Source of the DNA: Octopus vulgaris
Taxonomy: Eukaryota
DNA: 64,000 nucleotides
Assembly: GCA_951406725.2 (NCBI GenBank)
Contig: OX597817.1
Location: 133,176,001 to 133,240,000 of the forward strand
Direction: 5' to 3'
Each line of letters opens with the position of its first letter. Position 1 is the first letter of the stretch. The position numbers and the translations under genes are program-made. This document shows positions 1 to 14,339 of the stretch, one piece after another. The notes below the pieces were generated by a model, which was not told the DNA's origin, did no database searches, and saw only the letters and a list, made by a program, of their open reading frames with translations.

Positions 1-178
1 CTGTGCATGCGCAATGAGTTTTAACGCTCCCAAGATCTCCTTGGATGTGTCAAGAACGATGAAAACGTAGATTTTATGCAGATTCTCTGCTCAACTTTCT
101 CTGTCATGCTCAATGCGACGGCCACACGCTACACAGTGGAAGGGAGCTACAGCGTTAAAAATTAGTGCGCATGCACAG
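1..178. repeat. Short inverted-repeat element (MITE-like), possibly cut by the window edge
   Basis: ctgtgcatgcgca-atgagttttaacgct (1-28) is nearly the reverse complement of agcgttaaaaattagtgcgcatgcacag (151-178). Confidence 0.5.
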
Positions 179-879
179 CAGAATTTAAAGTTAATCTGTG
201 CCAAGCGGCTTCACTCTGCCTCTTTTAGCTTCGTTATTATGGCAACAGTCGGGATGCTTATTTATGAGACCACGTATTTCTACAAAATTTGATCCAGTGA
301 ATGTGAATAAATATTATATTCTAATATCCGTACATAGATATTTTCTGTACATAAATATTAAATCCTATTTTCCGTACATACGCCATGTTGAATTTCAGAT
401 AATTCTCACGCTCTTTATTTCTCTTCTCTCTTTTGTACGACTTCACAAAATATAGGTTTTACGAGTAAAACGTAAAGGCAGGCAACTTTACAGAGGACTC
501 AAAGTGCTTTGATTCCACGACGTTTTTGGAATAAGCGATGGGTGAACGTAGCAAAGATGGTAGGCGTAAATGACGAAACCACTTTAAGCATTATCCTGTA
601 AATCCAAGAGAGAGCGTTTTGTTTTCTCTTGTGTAACTTTCCCTGCCTGAGGTTGCCGTGGGTTTTTTTCCATAGGCTTTTCTTTCCAAGAATAAACCTC
701 TTTTACTTTTTTACACCCCACCTTTTTTTTTCATTTTGCTGTTTACACGTCACAAACGCTCTCGATTCCTTTTGATGGTTTTTTTTTTTCCTTTCGAAAA
801 GAAAAGATCTACTTTGTATTGTCCCCTCTGTGTTCGGCCCTGCTTGACCCAAAAAGAAAGATATATAAATATAAAATCA

Positions 880-1082
880 GGTGTTGTTGTATGGCAAGAT
901 GCTTGTTTCCCAAACACGCGGTTTTGAGTTCAGTCCCATTGCGCGGCACCTTGGGCAAGTGTCTTCTGCTATAGCCTCTAGTTGACCAAAGTCTTGTGAG
1001 CAGATTTGGTTGACGGAAACTGAAAGAAGACCGTCATATGTGTGTGTATGTGTGTGTGCGTGTGTGCGCATGTGTGTGTGTG

Positions 1083-1113
<31 letters not shown>

Positions 1114-1306
1114 TTGAGTGCGTGCGTCTGTCTCTGTGTTTGTATTTGACCACACCATCGCTTGACATCCGGTGATGGTGTGTCTACGTCCTCGTAGATG
1201 AGACGGATATAATAAGTGACAGGCTTAAAATGAAAAAGTAAATAATTACTGGGGTCGATTTAGACAACTAAAACTTCTTCAGGACGGTGCCTCAGCATGG
1301 TCGCAA
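880..1306 (+). mobile_element. tRNA-derived SINE family A (box A/B head, internal microsatellite, conserved 3' part)
   Basis: gagttcagtcccattgcgcggcaccttgggcaagtgtcttct...gacggaaactgaaagaag, then (TG)n and the ggtgcctcagcatggtcgca tail; the same blocks recur many times in the window. Confidence 0.85.
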
Positions 1307-1309
1307 GTT

Positions 1310-1700
1310 ATTTCTTTATTGTCAACAAGGAGCTAAACAACAATGGATTAAGTCAATTACATCGACCCCAGTGCGCAACTTGTACTAATTTAATCGACCC
1401 CAAAAGGATGAAAAGCAAAGTCTACCTCGGCGCTATTTGAACTCAGAACGTAGCGGCAGATGAAATACCTATTTCTTTACTACCCACAAGAGGCTAAACA
1501 CAAGGGGACAAACAAGGACAGACAAATGGATTAAGTCGGTTACATCGATCCCAGTGCGTAACTGGTACTTATTTAATTGACCCCGAAAAGATGAAAGGCA
1601 AAGTCGACCTCGGCGGAATTTGAACTCAGAACGTAGTCGCAGACGAAATACCGCCTAGTATTTCGCCCGGCGTGCTAACGATTCCGCCAGCTCGCCGCCC
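1310..1700 (-). mobile_element. tRNA-derived SINE family B (GGCGGCGAGCTGGC head) with internally duplicated body
   Basis: Reverse complement of ggcggcgagctggcggaatcgttagcacgccgggcgaaat...gagttcaaattccgccgaggtcgactttgcctttcat; body repeated twice; matches 57897-58270. Confidence 0.85.
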
Positions 1701-2231
1701 TCTTGACTGAACCAAGTAAGAGGGAAAATATTAACCAATCATATGTAAGTTATCTTCCTGGATGGAGGTGACGTATGATCGAAAGCATTCCATTCGTGAC
1801 CGTCCCCTCGATTTTTTATGTACAATAAGCATGTTTTTCTTTGCTGGTAAAGTGTGATTTGACTAACATGTAGCTGCTATATCTCACAAGATAAGCGACT
1901 GCGTAGATACCTACCCCCACCTCATTAGATTCTCTCTCGTAAGTACTGTTTATTCTATATCAGGTACCAATAGCCTGGTATAGAATAAGAAGATAGATTG
2001 AGTAAGAAGTGGTATGGAATTTAGTATTTTGTTAGAGTAACCAGGAGAGAAGGAAAGTGACGACGAATTCAGGACCTAAAAATTTCAAAACTGAAAAAGC
2101 TCACTCGACCTCGAAATCCAATATGAATACGGACCGGAAAGCGTGGTCCAGCGATATTTTCCGAATAGTGGCGAGCTATGCTTCCGCCGAGATGTTTCAC
2201 CTGGATATATATTCTCAATTTCTATTTTGTG

Positions 2232-2578
2232 ATACTCTGTCGGTTACGACGACGAGGGTTCCAGTTGATCCAATTAACAGAACAGCCTGCACGTGAAATT
2301 AACGTGCATGTGGCTGAGCATTCCACAGACACGTGTACCCTTCTCGGGAAGATTCAGCATGACACAGTGTGTGTGTGATAAGGCTGGCTCATTGAAATAC
2401 AGGTACAACAGAAACAGGAAGAAAGAGTGAAAGAAAGTTGTGGTGAAAGAAAACAGCAGGGTCCACCACCATCTCTTGCCGGAGCAGCTTAAGTTTTTTC
2501 GCTAATAAACAATCACAATGCTCGGTCTGGGAATCGAAACCGCGATCCTACGACCGCGAGTCTGCTGCCCTAACCAGA
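2232..2578 (-). mobile_element. tRNA-derived SINE family C
   Basis: Reverse complement of ggttagggcagcagactcgcggtcgtaggatcgcggtttcgattcccagaccg; matches 47763-47950 and 40104-40293. Confidence 0.8.
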
Positions 2579-2664
2579 GGGAGCTATCATTGGGTGATCA
2601 AGACTATTGATTTACAGGAGAAGATCATTTGATTACATTGACTTCAATATTGGACTGGTCATTA

Positions 2665-2862
2665 AGGTGGCGAGCTGGCTGAACCGTTAGCACGCCGGGC
2701 GAAATGCTTTACGTTCTGAGTTCAAATTCCGCCGAGGTCGACTTTGCCTTTCATCCTTTCGGGGGTCGATAAATTAAGTACCAGTTGCGTACTAGGGTCG
2801 ATCCAATCGACTGGCCCCCTTCCCAAAAATTTCGGGCCTTGTGCCTAGAGTAGAAAAGAATA
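2665..2862 (+). mobile_element. SINE family B
   Basis: ggtggcgagctggctgaaccgttagcacgccgggcgaaatg...gagttcaaattccgccgaggtcgac. Confidence 0.85.
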
Positions 2863-3594
2863 TACGACTGCCCTTTCAGAAAAGGGCTGAAAAGCTAAAC
2901 AGACTTCTTTGAGATTCGAACTCAAAACGTGAAGAACGGCAATGAAATATCACAAATCATTTCCCTTGTCAGATGTTCTGTTTCACCGTTCTACAACCTG
3001 ATGTTCGGACATATTCTTTTTATTTACTTTTCTTCGTTCTCACATTCTGAAGGAGACATCTCCAAGAAACCAATAATGCTGTCGAACAATTAGTATAAGA
3101 CTAATAGAAATATAAAACACAAACAAACACAAAGGAAAGACAAAAAAAAGGCAAATATAGGAAACGAAACGGAAAGTGCCGGAAATAGAAATGATATACA
3201 ATGTTACCGACATAGTTGTGTGACGCCATCATAAATATGTAAAAAGATAACATTTCTGCATAACATGTTCGTTTGCGTTACTTTAGCCTTCAATATCGAC
3301 AGACTGCTCACTTGCAATACAAACAAACAGTTATAATGTGGATCTTTGCATAAAAAGAGAGAAAAAAAGAAATTCATTGGTTCGTGTAGAGGAATTATTT
3401 CGGCAGCAGAGATAATGGAAACGTCAGCAAATATGTTGCTGTTTTATTTGTCTGTCGCACCTTATGGAGATGTTCGTCTTGTGAGATGTTGGCAGTTTGA
3501 ATGGAAGATGGGGAGTTTGGGAATTATTGACAATATACACAAACTTACAGATGCATATGAATATATGTACGGAAAAGGACCTGTATGTACGTAT

Positions 3595-3596
3595 AA

Positions 3597-3663
<67 letters not shown>

Positions 3664-3752
3664 AATGTATGTATGTATGTATGTATGCATGTATGAATGT
3701 ATGTATATATATACTTATATAAGTATGTGCATAAATGTATATACATGTATAC

Positions 3753-3785
<33 letters not shown>

Positions 3786-4030
3786 GACACACACACATAT
3801 ATAGATACATACATATACACAAATACACTTATGTATCCATATGCACATTCATATATACGTTTGCATATATATGTGTGTGTATGTATGTGTTATTACATAT
3901 ATATATATTCATATATATGTATATATATATGTATATATGTGTGTGTGTGCGTGTGTGTGAAACGTATGATGATAATAAGGAAAAGGGATGATGATGATGG
4001 TGGTGGTGGTGGTGGTGGTGGTGGTGGCGG
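3595..4030. repeat. Compound microsatellite (TA)n/(TATG)n/(CA)n/(GGT)n
   Basis: Directly visible; source of many spurious YIYI/VCMY ORFs. Confidence 0.95.
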
Positions 4031-4282
4031 TGGTGGATGGCGTCGGCGGCGGCAGTTAATATGTGAAACATATTCATGATGTGTTGTGTTAGATTTCATG
4101 TAAAAACTGACCACAGGTCACTTTAGCAATGGTGGACAACTTTACTTCTCTTGTATAAGAAAAATGCTTCTGCCACCGTTGACGTTTGTTTTAGATTCGG
4201 TTGTTTTGGCAATGGGAATTGCATTTATGAATTCTAACATGAATGCATACAAAGATACATACATAATTGCATACACACACAA

Positions 4283-4366
<84 letters not shown>

Positions 4367-4637
4367 CTTTTACTTATTTCGGTCATTAAACTGCGGCCAT
4401 GCTGGGGTACCGCTTTCAATTAGTTTTGATGGAATGAATGGGCCAGAATATTATTATTATACATATATATTTTTGGGAGGGCAAAGCTTTATACTTATTC
4501 TATCGAACTATATCACCGAACCGCTACGTTACGGAGACATAAACACACCAACACCGATTGTTAAGTGATGCTGGGGGACAAACACAATGACATATACACA
4601 CATACACAAACACATGCATATGTATATATATTATATA

Positions 4638-4686
<49 letters not shown>

Positions 4687-4689
<3 letters not shown>

Positions 4690-5611
4690 GATGGGTGAAA
4701 AGTAAGTAGGCATTAAAAATTGGTAATAAAATCCATATTCTTTTTACAAATGTATTGAAACAAATGGTACATGTTCTTTATTACATGGGAAAATAAAAGT
4801 AAAGCTACATATTTCAACGTAAGCACCGGTGGCACCAACCAGATTCTTCAAATGGCCTAGGCTGGAATGGATAACATTCTGAAGGACGTCGTCTGGGATA
4901 TCATTGAGAACCTCCTGAATCCGTGTCTCCAAGTCCTCCAGTGTGCGAGGTTTTGTCTTGTACACCCCCTCTTTTGTGTAAAAATCACATGCAGTGAGAT
5001 CTGGACTTCTTGGAGTTCTGGACTTCTGGACTTCTGCGGTCACAGTTTTCAGGTTTTACCTCCTGCTCGTAATGAGGTTTCCACGAACGAAAACTCAATT
5101 CTTTAGGTAACACCGTGCTTATTGTGTGTCTTGTCCGTCCACTTTCACGAGCTGCTTGACCTGTTGATTTTTGCGGGCTGCAATTAAACATTTCCTGCTG
5201 CCATTTTCTTCGTTGATCAGGATGTAGTTGGACGGCCACTTCTTCTTGGATTGTTCACAGACCCCCCGTGGTCATCAGCTTTACGTGACAACTTTTTATT
5301 GTCTCTGGACATAGTGTCGCATGCTTACCTTTCCATGCACGCCACCATCTCTGAACCACAACATTGAAATCCCACACTTCATAGCGTGCTGCTATCTTAG
5401 CTCGCTCCTAAACAGTCAAGCGACCGGCCATCGAGAAAATAAGAAATGAGAGACCAGACAAGAAAAGAAAAGAAAATATTCTCCATTAGTGTTGTTTGTT
5501 TAAAAAATGTTTGTCATGACTTCAGTGATACTAAAAATTCTATAAGGAATTTTTAATGCCTACTTACTTTCCACCACCCCCTCGCTTTCTCTCCTCTCTC
5601 TCTCTCTCTCA

Positions 5612-5614
<3 letters not shown>
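4687..5614 (-). mobile_element. Internally deleted mariner-type (probably DD37D/maT-like) DNA transposon in (TA)n
   Basis: TIR gggtgaaaagtaagtaggcattaaaaatt (~4692-4721) pairs with aatttttaatgcctacttactttccacc (~5548-5575); TA-CAG left end; minus-strand remnants RSPDLTACDFY..KEGVYKTKPRTLEDLETRIQEV and LSFRSWKPHYEQE. Confidence 0.85.
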
Positions 5615-5669
<55 letters not shown>

Positions 5670-6364
5670 GTACAAGGGGCTTCTTTCAGTTTCCGTCCAT
5701 CAAATTCACTCACAGGTTGGGAAGCAAACTTCTTACCACACAGCCCATACACATACACACACGCACATGCACACATACACACACATATACACACACACAG
5801 AAGTACTTTAAGGATATGCGTGTTTCTGGAGTGCTCAGCCACTGTCACATAAATTTCACGAACAATGTGTTCCTTTGAATTGATCCCCAGAAACCCTCGT
5901 CGTAGCAACCAACAGAGTTCCCGGCTTTTGTTTTTATTGCTGTTTTTTCTCCTCTTTTTGTTTGTTTTTTAATCGGGTTCTGATACAGAGTAACAGTTCA
6001 CAGTTTTTGTACTCCAAATTTCGATGGCAAGTGATAAACGTGAGATAATTTCCAATCATTCTACGGAAGAAAATCTGCATGAAACAGATATTTATGTCCC
6101 TTACAGAGAATGTCAGCCAACAATACCATTTCTCTCAAGGTTTCCCAAATAAGGAGTCTTAACTCCTAAATACTGAAATAAAGATAAAAGCATAAACCAT
6201 CAATTAGTAGTATTTCTTATAACTTGCATACTTATATATATAATTACGAGTATAATTATAAAATATTAAGTTTACCGAAAAATGGTCCATTTACATGCCG
6301 AATTCTACTTGGTGGAATTATTAATTACTAGTTAATTAATTAATTTTACCCTTTATTATAATTG

Positions 6365-6418
<54 letters not shown>

Positions 6419-6566
6419 GGAGCAAATAATTCACGAAAAAAATAATTTGTGAAGATATCATTGACTCTGTTATTATCTCGTGTAACAATATAAAAATGAT
6501 AATAACAAAATCAATAATATGGGCGATTTCAGGTCCCAAAGGAGCATTAAATAGCTGAAGGAGTAA

Positions 6567-7073
6567 AATTAATCAAAAGACGTGCTAAGTATGTCTATCT
6601 GCTGGAAATAACAGTCAAAACGTTTATTTAAATCGCCAAAATACACTGATAATAGCTACAGAAATGAACCGTCCGATGAAATCATGGCAGCCGCCAATGT
6701 GAAAATATTTTCAATACGGAGCAAACAATTCACGAGAAAAATAATTCACGAAAAAATAGTTTGCGAAGAAATCTAGTATAACAATTTTTAAAATGATAAT
6801 AAAACGAATCAGTTGCAGCGCAGACTTCGACACGACGGGTTGGGCTCTGTATCATGGTAACGCGTGGTGAGGGAGGTGAGGCTATTATGCCAGTCTAGAA
6901 ACCGGTCTGCGTGAGTCCAAATACTTGAATGTATGCTGAGAGATTGTCTTAGCCCGTTTGCTTTCGGACGGTTGATTTCTTTAGTTACTATCAGTGTATT
7001 TTGGTGATTTAAATTAGAGTTTTGGCTATTATTTCCAACAGGTAGACATCTTTAGTATGTCCTTTGATTAATT
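6567..7073. mobile_element. MITE-like element with ~110-bp terminal inverted repeats
   Basis: 6567-6676 (aattaatcaaaagac...aaatacactgataatagctacagaaatgaaccgtccga) is the imperfect reverse complement of 6964-7073. Confidence 0.65.
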
Positions 7074-7701
7074 AATTGTATATATATATATATATATATA
7101 CATTCGCCATGCTGGATCGCTGAATTCTACACATTTAAAAAAAATTATTTCTCAATTTATTTCCCCTTGTTCCTTTCTGTTAGAGAGCATAGACTTGAAA
7201 TGTAAAAGACTCATTTTTCCCGAGCGTCAAACTAATACACTTGCTTTTTGTTCATACACCTGTCTTCGTCATTTGTTTTTCGGTAAATTTCAACAATAGT
7301 TAAATATAAAGTATGGGGGTTTAGTTCACAGGTGATCTAAACGATTAAGTACGCTAGGTAAGTGCTCTAACGATTTATAGTGCCCCCAGGTTATAGCCGA
7401 GACGGTAGTTATGGAACTATTGCAGATTTCTACAACATCGGAAAGTTGGACTAGAAACTTTTATACTTCTTTTCCTTCTATCTCTTCATCTCCTTATTCC
7501 TTTACTCCCTTCCTCTATGTCGTCGTCTTATACAATATACCATTCACATTCCATATTTTCTCTATTTGTCTCTGATAACGGAATATCCCATACTCGGGGA
7601 TATCCCAGAAACAGCTGTAAGACTTTGAAATTTTTCCAATAATAATAATGTATGCGGCTTGAGCTGTTCGCCTTGCCTTAACGTTTGTTGTCTTATTTAA
7701 C

Positions 7702-7732
<31 letters not shown>

Positions 7733-7736
<4 letters not shown>

Positions 7737-7922
7737 ATCCAAACATGAAAACACAACAACACGAGGGCGTGGAACAAGTATAGTATTATTGGACGCTCAG
7801 GAAAGAAGGAAAGAAGGAGGGTTAAACGTTTCGAGCGAAGCTCTTCGTCAGAAACATAGGAAAAGGAAAGATCCAAAGAAGAGGAGACGGAGGAAAAAAT
7901 CGCCAACGGTACACACGCGGTC

Positions 7923-7925
<3 letters not shown>
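7733..7925 (-). mobile_element. Penelope-type pseudo-LTR remnant in (TA)n
   Basis: Carries a minimal hammerhead motif; flanked by (TA)n on both sides; related segments at 7105-7295 (+) and 23529-23715 (-). Confidence 0.6.
7821..7855 (-). ncRNA. Minimal type I hammerhead ribozyme motif
   Basis: Minus strand GUUU-CUGACGA-A-GAGC-UUC-GCUC-GAAA-CG-UU-UAAC: canonical core, 4-bp helix II, palindromic ACGU helix III. Confidence 0.65.
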
Positions 7926-7966
<41 letters not shown>

Positions 7967-8717
7967 CATACATACATACATACATATATGTATGTATATA
8001 TACATACCTATATACATATATGTATATATGTATATATACATACATACATATATGTATACATGCATATATACATACATACATACATACATACATACATACA
8101 TACATACATACATACATACATACATACATGCATATATGTAGTGATTGCGCATTCGTATGAATGACTGAAATAATTTCAGAAGATTTATGCTATTTTTCTT
8201 GGAAAAGATACAAGAGTGATTCTTCATTGCCTTTTGCCAGTTTATTTGCAGTTTCGTCTGTTAGTCTTTTGCTCTCTAAAGCTTACCCCTGTGGCAAAGG
8301 TTCTATTTAACCCCTAGGCAAGAGCCATCCCTTAGCTGTTTGCCTACGTCCAGCGCTGCAATATCCGTCGCATTCTTTTCTAAGACTGTAGAGTGTTCTA
8401 AGGAGGTTCGTCCGGTGGTCGTATTTGCAAGTCGAGCAAACACATGCAAGTTCCCTCCTGGCCCCACAAAACTTTTGGCACGATGCAGGGGCGACCATTT
8501 CGAGGATCTTCATAGATTTAAGTGCTAACGTCTGATGCCATTCTTTCCAGTGTCCGTCAAATGTATAATACCATCGTTGTCATAATAATACCATTATGTC
8601 AGCGATATTCATTGTGATGTTCAAATATCATTGAAACCTGATATAACAATAGATCGAGTGTATAGAGTCTTACAATACAGGCTGAGTAGCCCAAACCTGA
8701 ATATTTGAGTTCCAGTG

Positions 8718-9028
8718 CATGTATGTATGTATGTATGTATGTATGTATGTATGTATGTATGTATGTATTATGCATGTATGTATGTATGCATGTATGTATG
8801 TATGTATGTATGTATGTATGTATGCATGTATGTATGTATGTATGTATGTATGTATGCATGTATGCGTGTATGTATGTATGTATGTATGTATGTATGTATG
8901 TATGTATGTATGTATGAATGCATGTATGTATGTATATATGTATGTATGCATGTATGTATGTATGTATATATGTACCTTTATCTTTTGCCATATCGCAGAA
9001 ATAATTATTGTAGTTTTATTTTATATTA

Positions 9029-9101
<73 letters not shown>
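8718..9101. repeat. (TATG)n and (TAA)n microsatellites
   Basis: Directly visible. Confidence 0.95.
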
Positions 9102-9104
<3 letters not shown>

Positions 9105-10153
9105 TTGTTAATAATTATATTTTTTCCTAAGGAAATGCTTTGAAATTACCTTTGAAATATATAAAAATACCAAATAAAATGACCAAGTTATGTTAGTAAA
9201 TGTATATATCCCTAATAAAAATACAATCTTAATGGTTGTTGACAGGTGAATCGATAGTTATGATTTAGGGATCGAAGATCAATAGCCGAAGAGTAAAGTA
9301 GAATCGCTTAGCTTTTCGGTCAGTTATTCGTCTCATTAGCCTGGCAAATATATCACTGCGGTAGCGAGGAAACAAAGTTAGTGAATGACATATTGACAGA
9401 CAATGCTGCCTTCAGCCGGTACCTAATGACAAATGCCATAGTTCTCTTCTGTCTGGTTGCAAGATCGATCATGCAAAAACAACACCGAACCTAACCTAAT
9501 CAATGACACTTTGAACTGTCAAATGGCACTCACTCTTCTTCGCTATTCGGACAGCAATCAATAATTTCGACACGACACATGTTTTGAACATTTACCAGAC
9601 ATAGAAACGGTGAGACTGCGCCGGTGAAGGGCATTCTCTGTCAAGCGTTGACGGCAATGGTATATGTAATTATTTCCAAGTGGGAAAACACTTGTTAGTA
9701 AATTCATGATCTATAAAAGATAACTGTTATCACCAACGTTCATCTGTGTCGATGTTGATTTACTCAGAGATAACACTGATTCAATTCTTTATCAATGTTA
9801 GCCTTTAACAGATCAATACTCTTTGCATCACCTCCATCCATAGCCATGCACACTTCAGCTGGCTGTATTGTACATATACCAGAAGGACTATAAACACAAA
9901 TACAGCTACATGCGCAGAGAGAAGAGCACAGATTTCAATGAAGATATGTGAAAAGATGGATAGATATAAAACTGAGAGATACATCTATAAATTCATGTAT
10001 ACATACATGATATACGCAGAAAAGGCTATATACATGTATGTATATGTGTATATATACTTAAGCATATTTTAATATTACATACCTATACTCATATTTATTT
10101 ATCAATCTACACATACACGACCACGTACACCCACGCGCTCTGTCTCTCTTTCT

Positions 10154-10240
<87 letters not shown>

Positions 10241-10738
10241 ATATATATGCATGCATAGAAAGAGGAGATAGAGGGAGAGGGAGTGAAAGAATAAGAACGG
10301 TTCAGAGAGAGTGTGAAAGAGAACGATTTGAGAAGATGGTGAATAAATGGATACAATCTCATTTTTCTACTATTTTTCTAATTCCAACCATTGGATAGTG
10401 GCCCAACTGGAGCGGCGCATTCTGAGCACTCTTAACCAATAACGAGTTAAAGTATTTCCCGTTTCCTTACCATTAAAAGAAAATACCCGGCAAACAGAGA
10501 GACAGTCATTTGCAGGAAATCCTTCCCGAGACTCTTAGATACACGTACAGACATATAATGGCACAGAGCTCATGTGCCTCTCTTTTGTTATAATTTTGTG
10601 CATTTTGTAATCTTCGAATATACCATCACTCAAATATAACGGAACAAGTCATGAAACCTGATCGTTAACCCCATCTGTTCTATAACAGAGTGCAGAGGAT
10701 CTCTTAAAGTAACATTTTCAGTGCCATCAGCGTGTATC

Positions 10739-11186
<448 letters not shown>

Positions 11187-11187
<1 letters not shown>

Positions 11188-11672
11188 TGCCCTGATGCAG
11201 TACCAGGCAGTGGCTCTCATGGCTTCTGATTGTAAGTGTTATCATGTTCATTGTTTTGTCTTGGTATAAAAGGTGGGCTTCAGCAAATATTCTGCTCAAT
11301 GCCACAGATTTACTTGTCTATTGCTTGACCTGAACCAGTTGAGCATGTCTTTAGTGGCTGGCGATATGTGCACCTCTGACCACGAGCAGATGTAGAGGGG
11401 GAGCATCATAGCCATGTGTTGAGAGGAATTCTGGAAACGTAGGTATTTCTTTCAAATCCTTAAACAACCCTTATTCAGGGACCATTTGAGTGGGATGGGC
11501 TATTCGATCTGAAGAAAATTCTAACTAGGCTCCACTTCCAAGGTCATGCGCTATTTACCTTGATATAAGATCACCATGTCGCGCACATATGGTTGTGATG
11601 CATGTGCCTGGTGTACCCTTATCAGATGAGTAGTCAAAATGGATATACAGGGCTTCGTATATATTCTGGTAA
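11187..11672 (+). mobile_element. ~560-bp non-coding interspersed repeat associated with (TAA)n (family D), 3'-truncated
   Basis: Starts atgccctgatgcagtacc directly after (TAA)n; collinear with 42156-42712 and with minus copies at 25617-26176 and 45440-45968. Confidence 0.8.
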
Positions 11673-12957
11673 TCGGATCAACAGAAACCCACGTCTTTGT
11701 AACCGACAAAAGGACAGTTTTCCATTTACTGGAGATCTACTTATCTGACGTTGCTCATCAATAGAAATTTGATCAATGCTTCCAAAAAGATCGTCGTCAT
11801 GTATAGAATTACAGAAAGCTACAGTACTGAGCGGAAAAGACTGCGTGAAGGAATTCGTGCTGGGAATCGGAGGTAAGTCATAGGTAAGATACAATGTTGT
11901 TGCTAACTTAATCTACGTCTTCAAACAGTATATGAAGAAAAACTTGACGTTATAGTGGAAATGCTGCTCTCCGGTAAATATTCAGACAGATGATTCGAAA
12001 TGTCAAAACTAAGAAAAGTTGTCCACCTCTAACTGTAGATTAACAGCAAGCATCTGAAGAAGAGATTTGCTTTTAGTATATCATTGTGATCTGGGGGTAA
12101 TGCGTGGAGGTGACCACAGTCAAACAAGATGAGGGTTCATATTTTGGAGAACTTTTATTATTGGTATTTTACTGTTGCAGGTACAACAACGATTCTCCGG
12201 AATTTTAGTTTCAGATCCCACCAGATTAATGAACTAGGATTGGTCATCTTGATCAACACTGAAAGAAACAAATATCAAATTTACTTAAATAATGAAATGA
12301 AATACCTTAGTGTAAATTAGTACGGATTATAAGAGGTTTCGGATCGTCGTTGTCCGGAAAGTCGGTGTTATACCTGTGTCTATTTGCGGATGAGTGATTA
12401 TTGTTGCGGTGTGCATCTTTTGTCTCCAGGTAAATGCATCCATGAATATTTTATTTGAATTTCGTTTCGGTGTTGTACCTAATTGATCTCTTCATCAATT
12501 GCGTAGATAATTATTCCATAGATTAGTAAAATCATTAGGGAATTAGTGAAAACGTTTTATTTGTTCTGGCTCTTACATTCCGAGTTCAAATCTCGCTGAG
12601 GCAAATTTTGCCTTTTTCCCCTCGGGGTCGATAAATACCAATCAAATAGTGGGGCCAATGTAAATTGTAATTGATTATTCCAACTTTGTATTCATGTTGG
12701 CTTTATACCAACATTTTAAACATTAATACTAATATCAAGGCAGCGAGCTGGCAGTATCGTTAGCGTGTCGTAAAAAATACTTCGGGATATTTCTTGTGAC
12801 TCTTCACGATTTGTGTTCAAATCCTATTGAAGTTAACTTCGCCTTTCCTCCTTTCAGGGTAGATAAAATAAACTACTAGTCAAGTATGGGAGTCAATGTA
12901 ATCGATTATCATTCTCACCCCAAAATTGCTGGCCTTCGGCCTAAACTGGCGGACTTC

Positions 12958-13006
<49 letters not shown>

Positions 13007-13418
13007 GTAGTAGAAGATATGTATATCTCTTATGTGTCTTGTGATAATTGTAAATATTTCTTTTTGTTGTTTGTTGCTGTTGTGAGGTGATTTATCAAAA
13101 GATTCACTGATGTTCTACATAGATACTGTATCCATTTAAGATTAGTCGCGTCCAGTGCAGTCGGACAAACAACTTTATTCTCTGATTCATTATTTCCCAT
13201 CTTGGCCACATATCGTCTGACATCTGCAATATTTTTTACCGCCATTATTTTACTTCCCACTCAGAAGCAAGATTCATTTTTCTATCACAAATAGCACCAG
13301 TTTTTCTTGTTTCTTGCATGTCTTACATTTTTGCATTTTTTGCATTTTTCCGCTTCTGGCTCCGAACCAATAAATGGCCTGGCATTATTTGTTTGTTTGT
13401 CCGTCTCCACACCTCACA

Positions 13419-13716
<298 letters not shown>

Positions 13717-13717
13717 A

Positions 13718-13878
13718 TACGACTAGCTACTTTCAGTTTCCGTTTACAAATCCACTCACAAGGCTTTGGTTGGCCCGTGGCTACAGTAGAAGTCACTTGC
13801 CCAAGGTGCCACGCAGTTGGACTGAACCCGGAACCATGTGGTGGGTAAGCAAGCTACTTACCACAGTCACTCCTTGGC

Positions 13879-13880
<2 letters not shown>
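13718..13880 (-). mobile_element. SINE family A head
   Basis: Reverse complement of ctgtggtaagtagcttgcttacccaccacatggttccgggttcagtcc; gives the uninterrupted target sequence used for comparison in the findings. Confidence 0.85.
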
Positions 13881-13923
<43 letters not shown>

Positions 13924-14019
13924 ATGTCTACCTGCCTGTCTGTCTATCTGTCTGAGTCTGTCCCTGTAGCTCCCTGCATCTCTAATCGCATATATATGTA
14001 TATATATATATATATATAT

Positions 14020-14330
14020 ATGGTTATGTAGTAACCACATGGTTCCGGGTTCAGTTCCACTGCGTGGCACCTTGAGCAAGTGTATATCCTCAGGCCGACC
14101 AAAGCCTGGTGAGTGGATTTGGTTGACGGATACTGAAAGAAGCCCGAAGGATATATATATATATATATATATGCTTATATTTATGTGTGTGTGTTTGTTT
14201 GTGTCCCTGCCACCACTTGACAACCGATGTTAGTGTGTTTATGCCCTCTTAAATTAGCGGTTCGGTATAAGAAACCGATAGAATAAGTTCTAGGCTCACA
14301 AAGAATAAGTCCTGATGTTGATTTTCTCGA
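14020..14330 (+). mobile_element. SINE family A
   Basis: aaccacatggttccgggttcagttccactgcgtggcacc...ttagcggttcgg...gatagaataag. Confidence 0.8.
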
Positions 14331-14339
14331 AAATAATAT

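Noticed and set aside
8200-8660. Possible RTE endonuclease trace (TDIAAL) on the minus strand
   Set aside because: Single short motif only
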